Positions 37,401 to 49,400 of a stretch of DNA of 52,740 bases are shown in pieces; position 1 is the first letter of the stretch, and every line of letters begins with the position of its first letter. The DNA is taken from the IMG/VR virus record IMGVR_UViG_3300025127_000054, positions 1-52,740 of that record; one strand, given 5' to 3'. A program made the position numbers and the translations under genes. The stretch comes from a virus (taxonomy: Duplodnaviria; Caudoviricetes). The notes beneath the pieces were generated by a model. It was not told where the DNA came from, made no database searches, and saw only the letters and a program-made list of their open reading frames with translations.

Positions 37401-40400
37401 CTGCTTCTAGATAAATTCTAGCAGCAACCTCAGTTGCATTTTCTCTTTGATCTACTAGAGTTGCAGTTCCAGATATTGATCCAGAACCAGGATTCATCCA
37501 GAACTCTATAGTAAATGCAGCAGTTCCCCATCCAAATTCACTAGAAGAAGCAATATTTACATAATCTCCTGTACCATCTAATAATAATGATGATCCACCA
37601 AACTTAAATGAAGCAGTAGAAAGTTGTGCATTACCTGCAAATGCAATAGAGTGAATATCTTGTCCATTGTATTGACATCTACCAATCTTACCAAGATAAA
37701 CTGTTTGTCTTGCTTGACTGAAACCAACAACCTCTGCCTTTGTACCTTCACCACTTCCTACAGAACCAATTCTGATATTTTGACCTGCTACAAAGAAACC
37801 AGTTCCTTTCTTATTATCAAATGTGATCTTACGGATCTTAGCATCTTCTCCTGCAGTAAAATCACCACTAGAATTACCATACTCTAATTTGTAATTTCTA
37901 ATATCCTCTCCTTCTTGGATTGTGCCACTAGCATTATCATATGGAATTACATAATTATTGATTTGCTCATTAGCAGGGAAGTTTTCGTTGAATGGAGTAT
38001 TATTATCTGTATAATTAACAATATTAACCTGAGAGTTAGCAATGTTATCAAGAACAACGTTTGGATATGTCTGTGATGTAATTCTGTTGAATAGTAAACC
38101 AAAGAATGATGATCCTGGTGATATATTAACCTGTCCAATAAACTCATTAGTTGTAGGATCTTGATATACACTAGATGCAGTAACCTGTGCTACAACACCT
38201 GATTGTGCAGCAATAATATAGTCATTGAGTTGAATATCAAATAATCCTGGTGTGGACTGATATGTACCTGCAGTCTTACTTAAAGTTAAAGTATTTGTGA
38301 CTGATATATCAGTGCTGTATACAGGAACATCTTCCTGATGTGAAACAGCAGTTGTACCTGACTGTGCTCTGACCACAGTAAGTGTTGTAGAATTACTATT
38401 TTGTACAACAGCAGTTACCTTAACAATCTCCGATCCAAACTGATAATTATTTTGTAATGTAAATGTTCCTGCAGGAACTACAGCATCTGCTTGAGTATTA
38501 TCAACTCTATATGCTACTACTTCTATAGAAGTTGTAGAAGTACCAACAGTATAACGTAATTGTGCAAGAGGTGTTTCCTGACCTGTCTGTAAGTTAACTC
38601 TTTCAACTTTTGCAGTATTACCTTCAAAGTTAGAAACTTGCTCATTAAATATAAACAATCCACCACTAGCAACAGTACCATTTACAGAATAAACTGTGCC
38701 AGAGAATGCTGCACTACCTGTTGCTAAAGTTCCAGTTATAGTCTCGTTTGCTTGGAATGTGCTTAGACTAATAGTTCCAGTTATAGTATTACCTAATATA
38801 CTGGTAATTGTCATTGCAGCACCAGATGTTTGACCTGTAAAGACTGTACCTGCAGTAATATCTGCATTATCAGGGAAGTTGCTTGTAGATACAGGATCAA
38901 TAACTAGAGATACACTTCTTGTTGCAATATTAGCAGAGAATCCAGTAGCACTAACAGTACATAATTCACCACCACCGCCACCTGCAGTAGGTAATATAAA
39001 TGTTCCTTGAGTTATGAAACCAGTAATAACATTACCAACAACTTTTGTGACTGTTAAACGAGCACCAGATGAAGTACCTACAACAGTATTACCAATACTA
39101 GGGAAAATACCACTAATATTACTAAAGTTTAAATCAACTGTTTGTATAAGATTGATAGTAACGTTTACATACTTAACACTAGCAGGAGGTTGTGGTGGTT
39201 CAACAAATACAATAGAGTCCTGCTGAATACTAAATGCAGTGCCAGGTGTTTGTACAATACCATTAAGAACAATCATTAACTGGTTTGCGTTAGCAACAAT
39301 ATTAGTCTGATTAACTTGTAATGGGAACGCAGTTCTTTCACCGTCGAATAGAGATGATATATCATCAATTCTCTGTACAACAGATGTTAGGATGTTCTCA
39401 GAAGATGTTAATCGTTTCTGTCTGAATAATACTTCGGTGTTATTAAATTCTGTGTAAACTGGTTCAACAAGAGCAAAGTTTTGGATATTAGGAACAATCG
39501 CTTCTTGTGCTAATTCAACTGATTTTGTTAATTGGAAGAATGTCTCTTTATTAGGAATAAATCCATACTCATTTAAGTTAAGTTCACCAAATACTTTGAA
39601 TGATGCAGGGTGTACGTTCTTGATAAGAATCTCTTTCCACTCACTAATAGAAGTAGAAGATTTAACAGCATAAGAGAAGTCCTGATAATAGTAAGAGTCT
39701 TGAATCTTCTGAATAATCTCAGATGGTTTACCAACATCATCAATAAATTGACCTGTAGTTTTAGTAATAGATCCAATCTCAAGAACACCACGAGCAATCT
39801 TAAGATCTGTAATGATACCAGAAGATTTAGATATAACACCAGTAATTCTTTGATTCGCTGCAAAGTCTCCAGTGTAATCAACAATCTTAAGTACTCTAGG
39901 TCCTACCTGCCAACCAGAGTTAGTAGAAACAAATCCCTGTGCAGTTGCAGTATCAAGTGAATCACCTTGATATACAAGTTCTCCTTCTAGGAATGTTGAT
40001 GTAATAACGTTTGCAGTAGCAGATCCACCGAATGATTCAGTTAATACTTGTTGACGACCTGTACCTGCGTTAGAGAATGATAATGCATCACCAAGTGAAG
40101 CGTTAGCAGCAGTAATAGCAAGTTTTAATTGATCTTCTTCTAGTGAGTTTGCAGTACCAGATATAGCATAGTAAGTTGTACTACTATTCAATCTACCAAC
40201 AGCACCTGATGCAAGAGGGAACTCAGCACCATCACCAGTATCAACAACATTCAATGTAACTGCAGCACCATTTGCAATACCATGTGGGAAAGCAAACTGT
40301 AGTAATCCTAAGTCAAGGTTTACAACATAGTTGAATGAAGATCTCAGTGCAACAGTTGGAGTTGAAGAATATCCTGCACCAGGATCTTTAACAATAATAA

Positions 40401-43400
40401 CATCTAATCTACCATTCTTAATTGTTGCTTCAGCAACAGCACCAGAACCTCCACCACCAGTGATAACAACAGCAGGTGCCTGTGAATATCCAGTACCTGG
40501 ATCTGTAATAGTAATACTATCAAGTATACTTGTAGAAGTAAGCTGTGCGTTTATTGGGAATGATATTTCAGGGCGTAGTGTATAGTCATGTGGATAATCA
40601 TAACCAAAGTTATTGTTCTTAAGTTTCTTAATCTTACCTACATTAGTTCCTGAAGTAAAGATAGATGCTCCTGTACCTGCAGATGGTATAACAACTACTA
40701 ATTCTGCACCTGATCCAGTCAAACCCGATCCAAGAATACCTGGTATGGCGTTAATATCAATAGTTGCTGTAGTATAATTTTTACCTGGCGATGTTACAAC
40801 AACGTTGTTTATCTGACCTGGTATTGTAGATCCTTCTGCATCAGTTCCATCTGCAACAGTGATAGAAACGAATCCACCCTCTCCATCACCACCAATAGAA
40901 ACTCCACTATAAGTTCCTACTGCATATTCAGTACCTGGTGCATTTATCTGTACTCTTTCAATTTGTCTACTTGATGTAATACCACTAACAATAGGCAACT
41001 TAGTATAGAAACCACCTGGATTGACAATACGAATATCACCAATAGAACCAACCGCTTTGGTAGAACTTGTCATATAAGATGCTTGTGATATAGTTGCAGC
41101 ACCTTCTGGTTCATTAGCAAGTGGGAACTTGAGTATATCAGCACCCTTAGTAATAGTTGCACCTGCAATAGAACTAATCTCAAATGTTCCGTTATATGGA
41201 GAATCTACAACATCAAGGTAGCTGCCAGGTACCACTGGGCTATCAGTGCCTGTTCTTGATGGATCAAAGTAATATGATATATTTGTTACTATACTTCTAT
41301 CAACTTTAAGCTTTACTGTAGGAGTTGGTTGTCCACCACCAGTAACACCAGGTGTACCAACTCTTTCTATAGAGTTGAATGAATATTCTAGTTTGTATAG
41401 ATTATCTTTTGCAAATGATAAGTTTCCACCCGCCATAGATGAATGACTTAGGTCAAACAAATACTGATGACCATAATACATCTTTAATGTAGGTGATTTA
41501 ATAAAGATACTTACATCAGATGCTGATGTAGCAGGAGCAGTTAGAGCAGCTGTCTTTAACTTGTAAGTAAATTCAAGAGGACTTACAACAGTCTGTACAG
41601 CAAATGCACCATCATATTCATCATATGAAGTGGCACCAATAGTTTGTGTTGGGTTTCCATCAACATAAACCATATCACCTGTAGATAAGTAATGACTTGT
41701 ACTTGTAATAACATACACTTCATCACTATTTGCTACAGCAGTTGCTTGAAGAATCTTAGTTAAATTAGCAACTAGAGTAATTTTAAGAACACCTGTTAAT
41801 CCAGCTATTGTTGCTTGAGAGTAATCAGCGTTCCATGTAATTGCACCAGATCCTATAGTAACTACAGATCCAACAATATATGCAGATGATCCAGAAACTT
41901 GATCTATTCTTACAGAGTAGTCAGCATCAGCATATGGTTTGAATGTTGCGAATGAGTCTAGATTACCTGTGCAAGAGTTAATAGTAAATTTAGCATCTCC
42001 ATTACCACCAGTTACTACAACTTCATCACCAACTTTATATCCACTACCTGCAGCGTTTCCTATAGTAATAGTTTGTATAACACCACCAGATGCAGTGTAA
42101 TTAACGATTAATCCAGTTGCCTCACCATTAGTTGTAGTTGTAGGAATACTATCACCAGTATTAGGATAACCTGTACCTGCTGCACTTAAAGCAATAGTTG
42201 CAGGTATATCTGCTATTGTACCATCTAAATCAAAACCATCTAAGTTGATAATAAATGTGCCAGGTGTTTGATTATTAATTTCTGCAAAAGTATAGTTTGT
42301 TATTTCATTGATATCATTAGGAATTGCACCAGTAATACCATAACTACTCTGCTCATTAAATTGTTCTGTAGATAATTGACCAGTGTTTAGATCATTACTC
42401 CAAGCATTATTATTAACTGCTAGGTAAACCTTATTATTTGCATCATCCTTTCTAATAATATAACCACTATTAACAAATTGACCAGAATCATTCTTTAATA
42501 CTAATTTAGAACCAATACTAAAGTTAAATGCTTGGTTAACAGTTAATTCTTGAACATTATCAATTTTAATTGTAGGTGTGACTTTAAAGTAGTATCTGTC
42601 TTTAACAACTGCAGTTACTTTCAGTTTTTGTGAACCTGGTGAAGGAACAGTAGCAGTTCTAGAACTCCAAACATCTTGAACATGAGATAGTGTCTCAGTG
42701 TCCTCAGTCATGGTTGTAGTACTATCATCAAAGTCTAATGATTGATAACCTGCATCACCTAGAGCGAAACCATTTACATTTATTGTGAGAGGTGAACCAA
42801 TAACAGGAGTCACAGCAGTTCTTGTGAAGGTTATACCAGTATTAGGTTTCTTACCCTGATTTCCTAATCTTGCTGCATCTGCAGGTTTGTCAACCTTAAT
42901 ACCATATCCTGCATATTCAATGTAATCATAACGACTCATTGCATCAGTAAACCATGCATCATCAACCCAGTCATATGAAAGACCATATGCACCTGCAGTA
43001 GGTAATGCTAGTATATCAGTTGGAACTGTTGGTGTGACTGCTCTATTTCTTAAACGTAAGTGATCTATGTGGAATTGACCCTGTTCATTAGATCTAAACT
43101 GACCTAATGTACCATTTGCACCAGGTATATTACCAAAGTATAGATCTTTAGCACCTAGTGATGTTCCTGATATAGTACCAGTAAGAACTTCTATTCCGTT
43201 TACATATGCCTTAAATGTATCACCACTCTTAGTTACTGCAATTGCTTGCCATGTATTATCAGCATATAAGTTTGTTTGAGATGATGTTAGAGAACTACCT
43301 GCAGAGTTAATACTTGTACTACTATTAGTGATAGTCATTGTCAAAGGACCACTCGGACCTGCAGAAGACTGATCATAGTATAAATGTAGTCCACCAGTAG

Positions 43401-46400
43401 ATACTGTAGCATCACCTATAGCAAAAAGTGTTTCTTTAGGCTGGGAGAATACATTACTGTTTGTAGCATCCTTGAATATAAAGAATTCTAATGTCCAATC
43501 TCCTGCAAGTTTTTGTCCTAAGTCTGCAGCTGCAAATTTAATATTAGTATTTGTCCAAACGCTTGGTGCTGCTGTTGTTGCACCTAAGATCTTACCCCAT
43601 CCATTTGTATTGTCATAACTAAACGAGTCGCTTGTGCTTGTAAGAGCAGCAGTATAATGGGTTGTAGTATCTGTAAGAGCACTAGATGTGAATGGTATAA
43701 CAAATTCATTTCTATTCCAATAAGTCTGACCAAATACATGTACATCACCAGATGTATCAACATCTAAAGCATGTGCCTGTAAACCTTCTATATTATCAGC
43801 AGTAAATTCTGTAGTTGTATGATTCTTAATAGTACCATTATAACCAATCTTAAGAGTATCAATTGTTTTGTACTCATTAGTATTATTATCTCTAGTATAT
43901 GCAATATTAAGATCACCAAATAAGTCAATAGCAGACTTACCACAGGATGTAACATCTCTGCCTGGTGTTAGATAACGATAGTTCCAAAGTAAAGCACCTG
44001 TACTATCAATCTTACCAACCCAAACACTGTCTCTATCAGTATCATTTGCTTTTTGTCTACATGTAGCATTAATATAGATTTCATTAAATTCATCTATTGC
44101 AATGCTAGTGTCTATCATAGAATGTAGAGAACTAGCATAAGTATTGATCCAGTCAACAGTAATGGCATTGACTCCAATCTGACACTTACCAACAGCAACA
44201 TCAACATCTAAAGCGTTTGCTGTAGATGCAGTCTCCATACAGAAATAAACATCTTGTGAACCTGTTGCTTGGTTGTAATTACAGATAATATCAGTAATTC
44301 TTTCAGATTTATTTGAAGAAGCAAATTTTCTCTTAATAGCAAAATTACCTGATGTATCAATAGATGCTATAAATGCATCATCAGGGTTTACAGAGTTTGT
44401 ATTTGTATGTCCACCGATTATATAACGAGTTGCACTATACTTTTTAATTATTGAGATATTATCAGCACGAGTACTACCAGATATACCTGCATATGCTTTT
44501 TGGAATGAAAGTGTTGCACTTAGACCGTTTGCTGCCTGTGTATACTTACAAAGAATTATATCAGGATTATATGCATTAAGAATATTGCTATTTGGTTTGT
44601 TAATACCTACAACCCAAATATCATCACCATCAACATATAATGAATTAAATTCTGCGTAATTTAATCCACCAGAGAGTTCAAGAGTTTTTGACCATTCTTT
44701 AACACCAGTTGCTGATAATTTAGAGACGAATGCAACGACGTTGCCACTTGAGTCTTTTGTTTTACCACAGATGAATACTTCCTTGTTATCGTTAACGAAG
44801 GTATCATTGACTTTGACATAATTGTTATTATTAATGAATGATAGGTAGTAATCTGCTTTTTTAAAGATCTGTGGATGTGAAAGTATAACTCTTGGATTTG
44901 CTGAGTATCCAGAACCAGAATTAATAATATTAACAGAATCAATAGAACCTACAGTAGATACAACTGCTTCCAACTCACCATCTTGACCGCTAGTGCTATC
45001 AATGATGATTGTAGGAGGAATATCAGTATTGTATCCAGATCCAGTTTGTGTAATTTGTATTTCTTCTATACCTCTATACTGACGAACAGCAAACTGTTTG
45101 TTAGTATTATCCATCACAGGTGTATAATCAACAAATATACTGTCACCTGCAACTAAGTTGTGTGGATTAGAAGTTGTTAAAACACCAAAGTTATTACCAC
45201 TTATACTTTCAAAGGTGTAAGTAGCAACTGACTCACCTTTAATACGAGAAACACGTGCAGAAGCACCGTCTCCACCAGTTCCTGTATTATCAAAAACTAA
45301 ACGGTCATTTACCTGATATGATAGACCTGAGTTCTCAATAGTAAATCCAGTAACGTTAGCATCTTCAAATTTGTTAGTTGTTTCTACTTCAATATCAACT
45401 TTTGAGTCAAATCTAACTTTAGGGAAGTAATCAAATAGTTGTAAAGGTGATTCTTCAAATAACTGTCCAAGATTTGCAACATCTTGTTCGTCAGCATCTA
45501 TTTGTCCATCTCTATTAGTATCTTCTGGATCAAATAATAGTATTAGACCATCTTCAGTTGTTAGAGCATTAGTAGAAGCGTTAGGTGCTCTTTCAACATC
45601 AATATCAACATTTTCATATGGATCACGATATCTTACAACACCAGTTGGAATATTTTGCTGTACAGCACTTGTGCTTAAGTTCCAACTATCAACAACAGAG
45701 TTAAAACTAGGACCTAAGACATAAGGGAATTCTGGATTACCTGATTCAGTAGCATCAATAGTAACAAAATAACAATATCTACCTGTAGGATACTCAGGTG
45801 TCTTACAGAATCTACCATTATACTGGTCTAGATCACCAAGGTTAAAGATATACTCATAGTCTTCAACAAAATTACCTGCTGCCTCTGCACTAAGCAAAGG
45901 ACCTGCAGTTCTTACAGGAGTTGGATTAGTATCACTTTGTACAAGAGCAGTCTGTAGTCTATATGAAGTTCTTAGTCTTGTAATAGCAGATGCTTGATCT
46001 GTAGGGTCAGTATATCCATAAGGACCGTATATTGGGTTTCCATCAAATGCCCAACCAATAATAGGAGAGTGAGTTAACTGTGTTTCTTGTTCAGTTATAG
46101 TACCTACGGTTGCTTCTTGTAGGTTATCACCAAGAATGAAACGTAATTTTTGTGGATTTGATAAATGAGCATATTCTCCACCATACTGATTATTATATCC
46201 TTCAAATACTCCACCTTTAGCAGCGTCTAATACAGATGTTGCTTGTAAGTTATATGTCCACTTAAATACTGAAGGTGTAAAGACTGCATCTTGACCAACA
46301 GATGTCATATTAATAAGAGTAGTTCCTTGAACGTATCCAATACCACGGTTGACAATAGTAATACTTGTCACTCTACCTGCGTTTTCACCATCAGTGTCTA

Positions 46401-49400
46401 TGGTAGCACGAGCAACAGCACCAAATCCAACACCTTGAATACTAACTTCAGGTGCTGTAGTATATCCTGAACCTGCAGAGATGATAGCGATAGAAATGAT
46501 TCTACCATTACTTACGATAGGCTGGGCGACGGCTCCTGAACCAGAAGATAGACTTACAGTCGGTGCACTGGTATAAGAAGTACCACCATTGGTAATATTA
46601 ACGGTATTAATAGGACCTCTGACACTTGCAGTGCCCGCAGCACCAGTTCCTCCGCCACCAACAATAGTAATAGATGGTTGTGAAGTATATCCTGTACCAC
46701 CTGCATTAATTAGAATTCTTGATACAACACCTTTAGTAATAATAGCAGTTGCTGCTGCTCCTGAACCGCCTCCACCAACGATTGATACTAGAGGAGAAGA
46801 TGTATAACCAGAACCACCTGCTGTTACTGTAATCTCAGAGATAGAACCATTAACTATAACACTAGCAGTAGCACCTGTACCTCCACCACCAGAAATAGTG
46901 ATAACAGGAGGAGATGCAGCATCATAACCTTGTCCTGCATTAGTAATAGCAATACTGGTTATAGCACCGAAAGTTTTACTTTGTGTTGACTTATATGACC
47001 ATACAGAAACACCATTTACCCATGTACCAATAGGACCTGAAGAAATAGTGTTCTTTGTAGATATTGTAGTAGGTAATGCAGGGAATCTGTTTAATTTACG
47101 TTGGTTGCCAGGTAAAAGAGCAGAACCAGGAAAAGGACCTATAGAATAGTTTGGTATACCAGTTGATGCAACGTAAGTATGATTATCATTAAAGAATGAG
47201 TTTTGTATATTAGTAGTATAAGGACCTACTGCATTTAAAATTGTACTGGTATCAGACTTACCTTTGTTTAAGTCAACTGATACTAGAATATTACCCTGAG
47301 GTACGATCGCTGCAGGTTGTGGTAGTGCATACTGGAATACTGTCTCACTATCTCTTGATGTGACAGTAAATGTACCATTATAGATGATTGGGTTTGCACC
47401 ATAGACTGTAACCTGATCTCCAACTAACAAACCATGATTGTTAGCACAAGTAACAGTTGCAGATTGGTTATTTACACCACCAAATGTAACACCACTAACA
47501 GTAATCAGTTTTTTAACGTTGTATAACCAAGTTGTAAGTAAAGGAGATGTTCCAGTACCACCTAACTTAGAAACTGTTAGTTTATCACCTTGCAAGTAAT
47601 AAGAACCTGTGTCAGTTAGAGATGTTTGTTGTGCATCAACAATACCAACAACATTCATCACAACTTCTTGTGGTGTGTCTTTATTAATCTTTACTTGGAA
47701 GTTTGATGTAACTTCAGTAGCAGAATCCCAGTCCTCTACAACTCCGTTTGCTGAACGAGTACACTCAATGAACTGGTTAAGTGATTTTTCCTTATATTGT
47801 ACTAATTCTGCAGTAGCACCCGAACCAATTATGAATTCACCGTTTCTTTCTGGCCAACCAATAGTAGAGTCAACCGTAATGATTGAGTCGGTTTGATTTA
47901 ATGGTTCAGCAAGTTTTGTCTTATAAGGTACGGTAAACGTTCCTGTAATAGTTTCTTCAGACAGAACAAGTTCAAATATTTCTACTGTAGATGTTTTGAT
48001 TGAAATATAGTTTTCAACTAACGCAGATGCAGCTCTTACATTAGGATCCGCAATATCTGCTTCTTGTTGTAGAAGACCATCTCTAATGTCTGTAGCAAGT
48101 CCAGAAACCTTAGTTGCTCTTAAAATAGTATCAATAGACCATGTTGCAGCAGATGGTTTGATAATCTGATCTTTTGGATATGATATACTTACGGTTTCAC
48201 CGTATAATAACTTGAATAGATACGCAATACTGAATGATGTACCCTTTGCGGAGTAGAAATCTTTAATAGTCTTGATTGCTGTACGAACATCAATCTTTGT
48301 ATAGTCTAGTTCTGGTACATCGGGTAAGAACTGTTGTGTATACTTGTCTAATAAACGTTTTACAAATAATGCGTCAAGACATTTTACCTCTGTATCAACA
48401 GAAGCAGCTGAGGCAGTAGTATTGTTAGAGAATACTGCATTACCATCTTCCGTGTATTCTACGATACCAGATGCAGCACGTGCACATCCTACGAACTGTG
48501 CTTTATTATATTCCTTACCTGCCTGATTAACTTTAAAACCTGTAACCTCGTTTAAACCTATATCCGCAGACGCTTCAGCACTTGGAGGTGCTTGAATTAC
48601 AACAGAAGGGGGATTTGCAGCAGAATATCCAGTTCCGAACGCACTTACGTTAATATCTGTAATTGCACCGTTAAATATTGCAGCAGTTGCGGTAGCACCT
48701 GTACCACCTGCGTATGCTCCAGTACCATCTACACGTTTATCAACAATATAAACGGAAGGAACTTCATCATATCCGCTTCCTCCGTTAAGTATATCGATAC
48801 GAATAACTCTTCCGTCTCCGTCAACAACAACTTCTAGTACTTGTGCACCAACAGGATCTACAATCGCTACTCTTGGAACGGATGTATAACCTTGTCCTGC
48901 GTTAATTGTAGTAATAGATGCAATAGTTCCGTCTGCAGCAAGAACTGTTTGGAAAGATGCTCTGATTGGATTATTACCAGTTGGTTCATCAACATACACT
49001 GTAGGAGGAGTTGTATATCCAAATCCTGCATTTACTATTGTTAAACCACCACTAATAGATCCACTAGATAACGTCGGAGTGGCAACTGTAGCACCGCCAG
49101 GTTGTCTAAAAGTGATTCTAGGTGTAAATGTATATCCAGAACCTGATCCAACTAATTCTACACCAGTAACAGCACCATTAGTTACTGTTGCTTTCATTGT
49201 TGCCTGTGTAGATCCAGTCTTAGTTGGAGACTGTACCTGAACAACAGGAGGGTTTGTATCACTATAACCTTTACCACCATCAAGAAGACTTACACTCTTG
49301 ATACCATTTACTAATGCTGTTGCTGCACCACCAGATCCAGTAGTTGTGTTAATAGAAACTTTTGGTGGATATTCAAATCTATAATTACTACCATTTACAT

